Shown here: in pieces, positions 17,080 to 26,892 of the stretch
Layout: the number at the start of each line of letters is the position of its first letter
Position numbering within the stretch: the stretch's first letter is position 1
Assembly (NCBI GenBank): GCA_910589375.1
Contig: CAJUTK010000002.1
Span: 3,133 to 67,132, forward strand
Direction: 5' to 3'
DNA from: an uncultured Bacilli bacterium
GTDB taxonomy: Bacteria; Bacillota_I; Bacilli_A; RF39; UBA660
DNA: 64,000 nt
Notes under the pieces: model-generated
Told to the model about the DNA's origin: nothing
What the model saw: the letters and a program-made list of their open reading frames with translations, nothing else
The model's database searches: none
Made by a program: the position numbers and the translations under genes

Positions 17080-17588
17080 TTTTTCTAGTAATAATTTCTT
17101 TTCTTTTAGATGGAATATTTTTTAGTTCCCTAAATTCTAATACTTTATTTTGTCCATTATTTTCTATCCTTTCTATCTTAATAATTTATCCAATGCTTAT
17201 TAGTGATAATAACAAATATTATATTATTTGTGGAATTTTAGGAATACTATATGATATTTGCTATGCCAATACATTATTTTTACATTTCTTTATATTTATT
17301 GGATTTGGCATTTTTGTTTCCTTTTTATTTAGAAAAGTTTCTGTCAATGTTTTAAATACATATTTAATAGGAATATCAGGAATTGTATTATATAGATTAT
17401 TTCATGCTCTTTTTTTCGTTGGATTATTCTTTTCCAATTGGAGTTTAAATTTACTATTAAAGAGTATCTTTTCGTCTATCATTATAAATAGTATTTATTT
17501 ACTTTGTTTTTATTTTATAGCAAAAAAAATAAGAATAAATTTAAGAAAGAAAAAATATAAGTTGTTAAAAGTTCAAAAAAGCGAATAA
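17076..17588 (+). CDS. mreD: Rod shape-determining protein MreD
   Basis: Polytopic 170-aa membrane protein, translationally coupled to mreC. Confidence 0.55.
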   Translation: MIFLVIISFLLDGIFFSSLNSNTLFCPLFSILSILIIYPMLISDNNKYYIICGILGILYDICYANTLFLHFFIFIGFGIFVSFLFRKVSVNVLNTYLIGISGIVLYRLFHALFFVGLFFSNWSLNLLLKSIFSSIIINSIYLLCFYFIAKKIRINLRKKKYKLLKVQKSE

Positions 17589-17628
17589 TCATTCTAATAT
17601 TTTAGAATACATTTGTTCGATAAAACTA

Positions 17629-17657
17629 TTGACAACTTTTTTTATGCGTAGTATAAT
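17629..17657 (+). promoter_or_regulatory. Promoter TTGACA-17-TATAAT for recA
   Basis: ttgaca at 17629-17634 and tataat at 17652-17657. Confidence 0.5.
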
Positions 17658-17688
17658 GAAGTCATGAACAATTGAAGGAGGAAATGAT

Positions 17689-18714
17689 ATGGCAAAAACA
17701 TCTGGTGATAAAACTCTTGATCAAGTAATGGCAGATATTGAAAAACAATTTGGTAAAGGTGCTGTCATGAAATTAGGTGATCATGAACATCAAAAGATAG
17801 ATACAATACCTAGTGGATCCATTGCATTAGACGCAGCACTTGGAATTGGTGGATATCCAAAAGGAAGAATTATAGAAATTTACGGACCTGAATCTAGTGG
17901 TAAAACTACATTTGCATTACATGCAATTTCAGAAGCACAAAAAAAGGGAGGAAGAGCTGCTTTTATAGATGCTGAACACGCATTAGACCCTTTATATGCT
18001 GCTAAAATTGGTGTAAATATTGATGAATTATTATTGAGTCAGCCTGATAATGGAGAGCAAGCTCTTGAAATTTGTGAAGCACTTGTTCGTAGTGGAGCGA
18101 TTAGTGTTATTGTAATCGACTCTGTAGCAGCTTTAGTACCACAAGCAGAAATAGAAGGAGAAATGGGTGATTCCCATGTTGGCTTACAGGCAAGGTTAAT
18201 GAGCCAAGCTCTTAGAAAATTATCTGGTATTATTAATAAAACAAATACAGTTTGTATTTTTATTAATCAATTACGTGAAAAAGTAGGGGTATTTTATGGA
18301 AATCCAGAGACTACACCTGGTGGTAGGGCTCTTAAATTTTATGCCTCTGTTCGCTTAGAAATAAGAAGAGGAGAACAAATTAAATTAGGCTCTGATGTAA
18401 TTGGAAATAAAGCAAATATTAAAGTTGTAAAAAATAAAATGGCACCACCTTTTAAAACTTGTACAGTAGATATCATGTATGGAGAAGGTGTTTCCCTTAT
18501 TGGAGAAATTGTAGATTTAGCAACAGAAGCAGGAGTACTAGAAAAAAGTGGATCTTGGTATGCTTACCAAGGAGACAAAGTAGGTCAAGGTAAAGAAAAT
18601 GTTAAGGATTGGTTGAAAAAAAATCCTGATAAATGTGCAGAAATTGAAAAGCAAGTGCGTGACTATTATGCAGAAAATGATACTTTATCTATTGGTAGTA
18701 CAGAAGAAGAATAA
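17689..18714 (+). CDS. recA: Recombinase RecA
   Basis: GPESSGKTT Walker A and the overall conserved RecA sequence. Confidence 0.95.
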   Translation: MAKTSGDKTLDQVMADIEKQFGKGAVMKLGDHEHQKIDTIPSGSIALDAALGIGGYPKGRIIEIYGPESSGKTTFALHAISEAQKKGGRAAFIDAEHALDPLYAAKIGVNIDELLLSQPDNGEQALEICEALVRSGAISVIVIDSVAALVPQAEIEGEMGDSHVGLQARLMSQALRKLSGIINKTNTVCIFINQLREKVGVFYGNPETTPGGRALKFYASVRLEIRRGEQIKLGSDVIGNKANIKVVKNKMAPPFKTCTVDIMYGEGVSLIGEIVDLATEAGVLEKSGSWYAYQGDKVGQGKENVKDWLKKNPDKCAEIEKQVRDYYAENDTLSIGSTEEE

Positions 18715-18742
18715 AAGCAAAAGAAATCCTTTTGCTTTTTTA
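18713..18742 (+). terminator. Rho-independent terminator after recA
   Basis: aagcaaaag-aaatc-cttttgctt plus a T-run. Confidence 0.65.
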
Positions 18743-18822
18743 CTTGACTTCTTATTCAATCCATTTTAAAATAGTAGTAGAGTGATTGATAATCACTTGC
18801 TATAGAAATGGAGGAAATTTAA

Positions 18823-20376
18823 ATGCCAAGTATTTTAATCTCCATTTTGCTAGTCCTAATCGGACTTGTTGTTGGAATAATTGTAATGTTTATATTTAAT
18901 TATATAAGAGGTATAAAAACAGCTGAGAGTGTAGAAAATATATTAGGAAATGCCAAATTAGAGGCAGATAAAATTAAAAAGGATTATTTAGCAGAAGCGA
19001 AAGAGGAGGTCAATCAGTTAACTAAAAAAGCTGAAGAAGAAATTCGTGAGAAGAAAGAAGAACTAAAAAAGACAGAACAACGCTTGGATTCTCGTGAGGA
19101 AAATATTGATAGAAGAGATCAATCTTTGCAAAATCGCGAAGCTCTATTAGAAGAGAAAGAAAATAATCTGATTAATAAACAAAATGATATCCAAGACGAA
19201 CAGGCAAAAGTGGAAGAAATAAAGAAACAACAATATGATTTATTAGAAAAAATAGCTGGATATACAAAAGATAAAGCTAGAGAAATTGTTATGAAAAAAG
19301 TGGAAGAGGAGATGTCACTTGAAATCGCCTCTTACATAAAAGAAAAAGAGACAGAAGCTGCATTAGTAGCAGATAAGAATGCTAAAAATATGATTGTTTC
19401 ATCTATGCAGAAATATGCTAGTGACATGGCTTCTGAACAAACAGTAACAGTAGTGGATTTACCAAGTGAAGACATGAAAGGTAGAATTATTGGTAGAGAA
19501 GGTAGAAATATTAGAACAATAGAAGCAGTAACTGGTGTAGATTTAATTATTGACGATACGCCAGAGGCAATTGTTCTATCAAGTTTTGATCCATTACGCC
19601 GTGAAATTGCTAGAATTACAATTGATACTTTAATTAAGGATGGTAGAATTCACCCTGCTAGAATTGAAGAGATTTATGATAAAACGGCAAAAGAAATGAA
19701 ATCTAAAATATTAGAGTATGGTGATGCAGCTTTATTTGATCTTGGAATTACAAAAATGGATTCTGAGTTAATTGAAGTAATTGGTAAATTGCATTTTAGA
19801 ACTAGTTATGGACAAAATGTACTTACCCATTCCATAGAAGTTGCTCATTTAGCTGGAATTATGGCAGCTGAATTAGGAGAAAATGTTATGCTTGCAAAAC
19901 GAGCAGGATTATTACATGATATTGGAAAAGCAATTGATCATGAAATGGAAGGTAGTCATGTTGAAATTGGAGCATCTTTAGCAAAACGATATAAAGAAAA
20001 TGATATTGTTATTAATGCTATTGAATCTCATCATGGTGATACAGAACCTACTTCTATTATATCTGAGTTAGTAGCTATAGCTGATGCTGTATCTGCAAGT
20101 AGACCAGGTGCTAGAAATGATTCTTTAGAGAACTATGTACAGAGATTACATGACTTAGAGGGAATTGCTAATGATATTAATGGTGTTGACAAGTCTTATG
20201 CAATGCAAGCTGGTAGGGAACTTCGTGTAGTTGTAAAACCAGAAGAAGTAGATGATGTTACTAGCCACAAGATAGCTCGTGATATTAAGAATAAGATTGA
20301 GGAACAACTTCAATATCCAGGTACTATTAAAGTAACGGTTATTAGAGAAACTAGAGCAACAGAAGAAGCTAAATAG
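18823..20376 (+). CDS. rny: Ribonuclease Y
   Basis: N-terminal TM, coiled coil, KH domain ([10 protein letters not shown]), HD domain (HDIGK...ESHH). Confidence 0.9.
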   Translation: MPSILISILLVLIGLVVGIIVMFIFNYIRGIKTAESVENILGNAKLEADKIKKDYLAEAKEEVNQLTKKAEEEIREKKEELKKTEQRLDSREENIDRRDQSLQNREALLEEKENNLINKQNDIQDEQAKVEEIKKQQYDLLEKIAGYTKDKAREIVMKKVEEEMSLEIASYIKEKETEAALVADKNAKNMIVSSMQKYASDMASEQTVTVVDLPSEDMKGRIIGREGRNIRTIEAVTGVDLIIDDTPEAIVLSSFDPLRREIARITIDTLIKDGRIHPARIEEIYDKTAKEMKSKILEYGDAALFDLGITKMDSELIEVIGKLHFRTSYGQNVLTHSIEVAHLAGIMAAELGENVMLAKRAGLLHDIGKAIDHEMEGSHVEIGASLAKRYKENDIVINAIESHHGDTEPTSIISELVAIADAVSASRPGARNDSLENYVQRLHDLEGIANDINGVDKSYAMQAGRELRVVVKPEEVDDVTSHKIARDIKNKIEEQLQYPGTIKVTVIRETRATEEAK

Positions 20377-20479
20377 GCTTCTTTTTTCTTACTCTATGTT
20401 AGAATGATGATAAGGAGTGCTGAGTAATATGTCAAAATATTGATGGTAAAAATCTTTATTTTGCTTTAAAAACAAATTA

Positions 20480-20512
20480 GTCAAAAAAGAAAGTACATCC
20501 TTATGATGTACA
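20480..20512 (-). terminator. Terminator of mgtE (hairpin gtacatc-ctta-gatgtac, T-run on the minus strand)
   Basis: Convergent intergenic region between rny and mgtE. Confidence 0.5.
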
Positions 20513-20513
20513 T

Positions 20514-21851
20514 TTATAGTCCTAAAAAGGCACTAGCAATTTGAAAATATACTAGTAAAGATAAGGCATCGACAATAGTTGTGATAATGGGATTAGCCAT
20601 AACCGCGGGGTCTAAATGTATTTTATCAGCTAATATTGGTAGAATAGCTCCAATTATTTTAGCAAGCATTACTGTTAGAAATAGGGCAATACATACAATA
20701 CTTGCAAAAAGAATAGATATTTTATCAAATACTAATAGTTTTATGAAATTACAAATTGCTAAGGTAAGTCCACAAATAATACCTACTGAAAATTCCTTTG
20801 CTAAAACTTTTATACTATCTTTAAATTTTACTTCATTTAAAGATAATGCACGAATGATGGTAACAGAAGATTGACCACCAGCATTACCACCAGTACCCAT
20901 AATCATAGGTATAAAAACGGTGAGTGTGGCATAACTAGCTAGTGCAGATTCATAATTAGCAATAATAGCACCTGTGAAAGTCGCACTAATCATAAGAAAT
21001 AATAACCATGGCATTCTACTTTTGTAAATATCCCAAAGCCCTAAATTTAAATATGGTTTTTCGGTAGGAACAATGGCTGCCATTTTTTCAATATCTTCTG
21101 TTGTTTCTTCTTCTATAATATCCATAATATCATCAATTGTAATAATACCAACTAAACGATTTTCACTATCTACAACAGGCATGGAAGTTACATCATATTT
21201 TTTAAACATTTTAGAAACTTCTTCTTGGTCATCTAAGGTATTGATGACATGTGGTACACTTTCCATCAAATCCTTAATGATGATATTATCATCCGCTAAA
21301 ATGAGATGCTTTAAAGAGATAGTTCCTACTAATTCTCTTTTTTTATCGATAACATAGCAGAAATCAATTGTCTCTTTATCAATGGCTTCTCTTTTTATTC
21401 TTTTAATAGCTTCTTTAACAGTAACGAAATCCTTAATATCCATAAATTCAACAGTCATAATACTTCCTGCAGAATCTTCTGGATATTTTAGAAGTAAATT
21501 GATATCACGCCTTGTTTCAGGTGTGGTATTTTCAAGAATTTTTTGAATGACATTAGCAGGCATTTCTTCCATTAAGTCAGTTGCATCATCTGCATACATA
21601 TCATCAATGATAGTAGCAGCTTCTTTGTCGGTAAGAGAAGCGATAATTGTTTGTTGATAGTGAATTCCTAAGAAAGAAAAAGTCTCTGCAGCAATACTTT
21701 TTGGAAGTAATCTAAAAAATGTAATTAAATGATCTTCACTTTCAAGATTTTCTAAAATTTCAGCTATATCCGCTTCTTCTAATTTAATAATTTCTTCTTT
21801 AAATTCAGAATATTTTTTATTCTTGATAAGATTTTCAATTTGTTTTTTCAT
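20514..21851 (-). CDS. mgtE: Magnesium transporter MgtE
   Basis: N-terminal domain, tandem CBS domains, and a C-terminal 5-TM MgtE domain with PMIMGTGGNAGGQSS. Confidence 0.85.
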   Translation of the reverse strand: MKKQIENLIKNKKYSEFKEEIIKLEEADIAEILENLESEDHLITFFRLLPKSIAAETFSFLGIHYQQTIIASLTDKEAATIIDDMYADDATDLMEEMPANVIQKILENTTPETRRDINLLLKYPEDSAGSIMTVEFMDIKDFVTVKEAIKRIKREAIDKETIDFCYVIDKKRELVGTISLKHLILADDNIIIKDLMESVPHVINTLDDQEEVSKMFKKYDVTSMPVVDSENRLVGIITIDDIMDIIEEETTEDIEKMAAIVPTEKPYLNLGLWDIYKSRMPWLLFLMISATFTGAIIANYESALASYATLTVFIPMIMGTGGNAGGQSSVTIIRALSLNEVKFKDSIKVLAKEFSVGIICGLTLAICNFIKLLVFDKISILFASIVCIALFLTVMLAKIIGAILPILADKIHLDPAVMANPIITTIVDALSLLVYFQIASAFLGL

Positions 21852-21987
21852 AATGACCTCCTTTAAACTTTGCCCATTATAACATAAAAAAGTAGGATTG
21901 TATAGTTTCTGTTAAGTAAACTTTAATTGATTTTAAATTTGAAAGATTTAAGAAATATTATGCTATAATCAATTTAGAGGTGTTAGT

Positions 21988-22674
21988 ATGAATAAGATAT
22001 TAAAGATTTTAGGTAGTATATTTTTGGTTATTGGCATTATGATGCTTAGTGCAGGATTATATTTCAAAATATCTTTTGAAGAATTCCGTAAAAATGCGAA
22101 AGAAACAACTGCTGTTATTACTAGTATTAGTGGTACTGGTGATTCTAATAATGTGCTAGTAGAATTTATAGTAGATGGAACAAGATATAGTGGCTCTTTA
22201 AACTACTATAATTCCAATATGTATGTTGGAAAAGAAGAAAAAATCTATTATCAAATAGATAATCCTAACAAATTTAAATCTAAGAATGGGGAAAATTTAT
22301 TATCTGTAGTTTTCCTTATTATAGGTGCTGTGTTTCCAATTTTAGGCATTTTGTTTTTAGTAATTCCTATTTTAAAATCAAAAAAACAAAAGAGAGTATT
22401 ATCTTATAATTATGTAATCCAAGCGAGTATTGTTGGATGCAGTATAGATACTACTGTTTCTATAAATGGTAGATGTCCATATCGTTTAGAAGCCAATTAT
22501 ATTAGCCCATTAGATGGAAAATTATATAGTTATAAAAGCGATGAATTATGGGCTGATGTAACACCAATTTTAACGCAGCGACAAATTACAACGATTCCTG
22601 TCTATGTAAATCCAAATAATTATGCAGAATATTATATGGATATTAGTGCATTAAAGAATTTAATCGGAAATTAA
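21988..22674 (+). CDS. Membrane protein with duplicated DUF3592-like architecture
   Basis: A TM - beta-rich - TM - beta-rich pattern. Confidence 0.35.
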   Translation: MNKILKILGSIFLVIGIMMLSAGLYFKISFEEFRKNAKETTAVITSISGTGDSNNVLVEFIVDGTRYSGSLNYYNSNMYVGKEEKIYYQIDNPNKFKSKNGENLLSVVFLIIGAVFPILGILFLVIPILKSKKQKRVLSYNYVIQASIVGCSIDTTVSINGRCPYRLEANYISPLDGKLYSYKSDELWADVTPILTQRQITTIPVYVNPNNYAEYYMDISALKNLIGN

Positions 22675-22682
22675 AATACATC

Positions 22683-23321
22683 CTATGGATGTATTTTTAT
22701 ATGGTATTCTTCTAATTTTTTGAGAATTTTTTCTGTTGCATATTGAATAAAATCGATGATAATTGGCATGTCAAATACATACGTTTTCTCCATTTTACTA
22801 TTTTCAATAATAACCCCCATTTTATCAACTAAAATGGATAATTTATTAATTGGTATTTCATCCATAGTAATATCAGGAAGAACTATTTCTTCATAAAAAA
22901 GAGATAAATCTAATTCATAATAATCAATTAATTCAATATTAAGGTTTGTATAATCTCCATAAATTAAATCTGATATTTCTTTTTCTGTAGTACTGATAGT
23001 AGATCCATCTAATAATTTAATAGAATTTTCATAGAGTCGTTCCCTAATAAAATTATTAAACCATAATTTATCTGTATAAAGATGGATAAAGTATCCTAAT
23101 AGAAAAGGATTATTTAAGGAATCTTTATATTTTTCTAGAAATTCTAAAATGTTAGGAACATCTTCTTTTGTTTTGGTAAGAAAATGGGATTTTTCTTTAG
23201 TTTCTCCAATTTGCTTACTAATATCTGGCGCAATAGAACCTAAAAAAAGAGGATGTTCTTCTAGCCCTAATACTTTGTTTAATTCTTTAGCAACACAGAT
23301 ATGGATAATTGCAGATGCCAT
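22683..23321 (-). CDS. Hypothetical protein (possible metal-dependent hydrolase/phospholipase-C-like fold)
   Basis: Weak resemblance only; His-rich N-terminus (MASAIIHICVAKE...SHFL). Confidence 0.25.
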   Translation of the reverse strand: MASAIIHICVAKELNKVLGLEEHPLFLGSIAPDISKQIGETKEKSHFLTKTKEDVPNILEFLEKYKDSLNNPFLLGYFIHLYTDKLWFNNFIRERLYENSIKLLDGSTISTTEKEISDLIYGDYTNLNIELIDYYELDLSLFYEEIVLPDITMDEIPINKLSILVDKMGVIIENSKMEKTYVFDMPIIIDFIQYATEKILKKLEEYHIKIHP

Positions 23322-23342
23322 GATATCACCTCATTTTTGATT

Positions 23343-23375
23343 ATATCAAAAAAAGAATTTTTTTGAAATTCTTTT
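23343..23375. terminator. Bidirectional hairpin aaagaattt-ttttg-aaattcttt
   Basis: Perfect inverted repeat flanked by A/T runs between two minus-strand genes. Confidence 0.45.
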
Positions 23376-23617
23376 TAATAGTAATATGGTCCATAATAAG
23401 GAGTAGGATATGGTGGATAGTAATAATTATTTGTATAGTAAGGTTGGTTGTATCCATTTCCTCCTCCATAGAAGAATGGTGCTACTAATCCTCCAGTAAT
23501 TCCTCCTAATAAGAAAGGCCCTAAAAATCCTACTCTATCTTCTTGTACATTCATTGGTTGATAAGAGGTAGGCATGACATTATTTGATGGAACGAAAGCA
23601 TTAGATTGTTGAAACAT
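23375..23617 (-). CDS. Small Tyr/Gly/Pro-rich protein (80 aa) with a glycine-zipper hydrophobic core
   Basis: Start chosen at the ATG (23615-23617) preceded by the strong RBS aaggagaa. C-terminus is YYTNNYYYPPYPTPYYGPYYY. Confidence 0.45.
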   Translation of the reverse strand: MFQQSNAFVPSNNVMPTSYQPMNVQEDRVGFLGPFLLGGITGGLVAPFFYGGGNGYNQPYYTNNYYYPPYPTPYYGPYYY

Positions 23618-23725
23618 AGATATTCTCCTTTCATGAATAGGATATGCGATAGTGTAATGTTTGTGATTATATCTAGAAAAATGGAAAAACAAAAAAGTTT
23701 TTTCATATACTTTAGTAGGTGGTTT

Positions 23726-24550
23726 ATGAAAAAGTTTTTTGAATATATAGGTCTTCTTAGTTTAGTATGTTTTAGCTTCTTTTTAACGGATAAAACAGCT
23801 TCAGTTGTTCAAGAAGTAGATGATTTAATGATTCAAATTAAGTCACATCAAGAGGAATACAATCAAAAAGGAGAAAATGCAACTGTGAAAGAAAAATATA
23901 TTGTTCCTGGACTACCAAATAGAAGTGTTAATACCCTAAAAAGCTACCAAGAGATGAAAAAAGTAGGTGTATACGATTCTAATTATTTTGTTTACGATAT
24001 TAAAAAGCCTTCTGATAATTTAGATAATCATTTAGATAAATATATCGTTTCGGGAAATCCTAAAAAAAGAATGGTAAGTATTATTTTTTTAGTTAAGGAA
24101 GGGTCTATAAAATCTATTTTAGATAAAATAGGGGATAAGAAAGTATCGTTTGTCATTCCTAATTATAATTTCCAAAATCAAATATCTGATATAGAATTCG
24201 CTATTGGCGAAGGAAATGAATTTCTGATTGAAGATTCTAAAGAACAAAGCTATTTGAATACGAAACAAAAATTAGAAACATTAAAAAATCCTACTAAGGT
24301 TTGTTACAATATAGCACAAGATGATAATTATTTATCATTATGTAAAAAAAATAAATATTATTCTGTAGCACCTACTAAAGTTATCACAAAAACTCCTTTG
24401 ACAACAACGAAAGAAATTTTAGCGCCTGGTTTATTTTTAACTTTTGAAGTGAATAATCAATTGTTAGAGGAACTTCCAAATATTATTTCTTATATTGAAT
24501 CTAGAGGATATCAAATTAAACCTCTTTCTGAACATATAAAAGAAGATTAA
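23726..24550 (+). CDS. Secreted protein, possibly a degenerate polysaccharide-deacetylase-like fold
   Basis: Signal peptide MKKFFEYIGLLSLVCFSF. The C-terminal ...ESRGYQIKPLSE pattern recalls PdaB-like proteins, but the catalytic His/Asp motifs are not evident. Confidence 0.3.
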   Translation: MKKFFEYIGLLSLVCFSFFLTDKTASVVQEVDDLMIQIKSHQEEYNQKGENATVKEKYIVPGLPNRSVNTLKSYQEMKKVGVYDSNYFVYDIKKPSDNLDNHLDKYIVSGNPKKRMVSIIFLVKEGSIKSILDKIGDKKVSFVIPNYNFQNQISDIEFAIGEGNEFLIEDSKEQSYLNTKQKLETLKNPTKVCYNIAQDDNYLSLCKKNKYYSVAPTKVITKTPLTTTKEILAPGLFLTFEVNNQLLEELPNIISYIESRGYQIKPLSEHIKED

Positions 24551-24598
24551 AGGTTTTCAAATCTTCTTTTTTTCTATATAATAAAGTTGGTGATATTT

Positions 24599-26764
24599 AT
24601 GAAGAAACCAGAACTTTTATCTCCAGCAGGGAATATGGAGAGTTTGTATGCTGCTATAGAAGGTGGTTGTGATGCTATTTATTTATCGGGGACATTGTAT
24701 GGAGCACGTAGTTATGCAGCAAATTTTACAAACGAACAATTAAAAGAAGCTGTCAGTTATGCTCATATGTATAATGTAAAGGTTTATGTAACCATTAATA
24801 CTCTTATTTATGAAGCAGAAGTAAAAAGATTTTTAGAATATGTAGATTATTTGGTTTCTATTTTTGTAGATGCTGTTATTGTTCAAGATATTGGAATGAT
24901 GGACTTATTGAGAAGTATATATCCAGATTTAGAAATTCATGCTTCTACTCAAATGCATATTCATAATTTAGAGGGGGTTAAGCTTTTAGAAGAGCTTGGA
25001 TTAAAAAGAGTGGTTCTTGCTCGTGAAACTCCAATTGAGTTAATATCTGAAATAAAAGACAATTCCTCTATTGAAATAGAGATATTCGTTCATGGTGCTT
25101 TATGCATTTCTTATTCTGGTCAATGCCTTATGAGTAGTTTGATTGGAGGAAGAAGTGGTAATAGGGGAACTTGTGCACAATGTTGTAGACAACCATATGA
25201 TTTATATTCAGACGGGAAAAAACAAAATAAAGAACAGTATCTTTTGAGTACCAAAGATTTAAATACATTAGATTATATTCCTAGCCTTATGGACATTAAT
25301 GTGGATAGTTTAAAAATAGAGGGTAGAATGAAAAGACCTGAATATGTTTATTTGATAACTTCTCTTTATAGAAAAGTAATAGACTCTTATTTTTCATCTG
25401 GAAAAGTGGAGGTAAGTAGTTTGGAACAAAAAGAAATAGAAAAGATTTTTCATAGGGGATTTTCCAAAGGATTTTTATTTCATGAGGAGAACAATCAGTT
25501 TGTAAATGAATTTAGACCTAATCATATGGGAATACCAATGGGTGTAGTAAAAGATATAAAAGGCTCTTTTGTGGAAATAGAATTGACAGATAACCTAGAA
25601 ATTGGTGATGGCATTCGCATATTAGGAGAAAAAGAAGATTTTGGTACTACTATTGATGTGATATGGAAAGGGAAAGAAAAAATAAAAATTGCTAGAAAAA
25701 AAGATACAGTCACAATTCCTTTTAAAGAGAATGTTAGTAAAGGTTCTTTGGTAGTAAAGACAACTGATAAAGAACAGTTAGAGAGATTAAAAGATCAAAT
25801 TTCTAAGAAATTAAGAAAAGTTCCAATTAGTTGTTTTTTAGAAGCAAAAAAAGGTAGTCCAATACGTTTAAAACTAGAAGAAGGAAAATGTCAATGTGAA
25901 GTTGAAAGTGACTTTATAGTAGAGGAAAGTTCTACTTCTCCTATGACAAAGGAAAGAATTAAGAAGCAAATCGAAAAGTTAGGAGGGACCGTATATTCCC
26001 TAAAAGAACTTTCTATCAATATGGATGATTCTATTTTTATTCCTATTCAAAAACTAAATGAATTAAGACGTTTAGGAATTGAAAAACTAACAGAGAAACG
26101 GTTATTCCGAGATAATATTTTGAAGAAGGAGTATCATAAAAACATTCCAGATTTCCCATTAAAAAAAGAAAGGTCTGTTTATGTTACTACTTTAGAACAA
26201 TATGAAAAAATAAAGAATAAAGAATATGATGAAATTTACATAGATGGATGTATCTTCTATGAAATAAGAAATAGCAAATCTATTTTAAAAATTCCTCGTG
26301 TTCAGGAACATTTAAAATCAACAGAAGAAAAAGTATTAGTAGGGGAATTAGGTAGTGTTGCTTATTATAAAGATAGCGTATCTGATTTTTCTTTGAATGT
26401 AGTAAATTCCTATAGTATAGCGTTTCTTCATGGATTGGGGGTTAGAAAAGTAACTCTTTCTTATGAATTAAATGATTATCAAATAGAAAGAATGATAACA
26501 GAATATCATAATCGTTATAAGAAAAATCCTTGTTTAGAAATGATTGTTTCTGGACCAATAGAAGCTATGGTTATGAAATATAATTTATTTGAAAAATATC
26601 ATTTAAAAGGACAAAATAATAAATTGGTAGATAAATATCATAATCAATTTCCAATAAAATGGAAGGACGGATATGTATATATTTATCATTATCAGCCAAG
26701 AAAATTAGTAGATTTAGAAAAGTATTATGCTATGGGAATTACCTGTTTAAGAGATTCTTTTTAA
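24599..26764 (+). CDS. Peptidase U32 family protein (collagenase-like, PrtC/YhbU type) with a long C-terminal extension
   Basis: MKKPELLSPAGN...AIEGGCDAIYLSG...E..Cxxxx Cys cluster (ALCISYSGQC, CAQCCRQ). Confidence 0.8.
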   Translation: MKKPELLSPAGNMESLYAAIEGGCDAIYLSGTLYGARSYAANFTNEQLKEAVSYAHMYNVKVYVTINTLIYEAEVKRFLEYVDYLVSIFVDAVIVQDIGMMDLLRSIYPDLEIHASTQMHIHNLEGVKLLEELGLKRVVLARETPIELISEIKDNSSIEIEIFVHGALCISYSGQCLMSSLIGGRSGNRGTCAQCCRQPYDLYSDGKKQNKEQYLLSTKDLNTLDYIPSLMDINVDSLKIEGRMKRPEYVYLITSLYRKVIDSYFSSGKVEVSSLEQKEIEKIFHRGFSKGFLFHEENNQFVNEFRPNHMGIPMGVVKDIKGSFVEIELTDNLEIGDGIRILGEKEDFGTTIDVIWKGKEKIKIARKKDTVTIPFKENVSKGSLVVKTTDKEQLERLKDQISKKLRKVPISCFLEAKKGSPIRLKLEEGKCQCEVESDFIVEESSTSPMTKERIKKQIEKLGGTVYSLKELSINMDDSIFIPIQKLNELRRLGIEKLTEKRLFRDNILKKEYHKNIPDFPLKKERSVYVTTLEQYEKIKNKEYDEIYIDGCIFYEIRNSKSILKIPRVQEHLKSTEEKVLVGELGSVAYYKDSVSDFSLNVVNSYSIAFLHGLGVRKVTLSYELNDYQIERMITEYHNRYKKNPCLEMIVSGPIEAMVMKYNLFEKYHLKGQNNKLVDKYHNQFPIKWKDGYVYIYHYQPRKLVDLEKYYAMGITCLRDSF

Positions 26765-26780
26765 GAATCTCTTTTTTTTA
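26748..26780 (+). terminator. Rho-independent terminator after the U32 gene
   Basis: aagagattc-tttttaa-gaatctctt plus a T8 run. Confidence 0.7.
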
Positions 26781-26892
26781 GAAGGAAATTGGGATGTTAT
26801 CAATAATAATTAAGTAGGAAGGTGATAAAACGAAAAAATATCCATTTGAGCATCAAGAAGAGGAGAAAGATTGCGCCATTGCCTGTTTTTTA

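Noticed and set aside
17600-17630. LexA (Cheo) box upstream of recA
   Set aside because: Nearest candidate GAATACATTTGTTCG does not fit CGAACRNRYGTTCG spacing. No convincing SOS box seen by eye.
21852-21987. M-box riboswitch upstream of mgtE
   Set aside because: The minus-strand leader is only ~25 nt between the putative -10 and the RBS. No conserved M-box elements.
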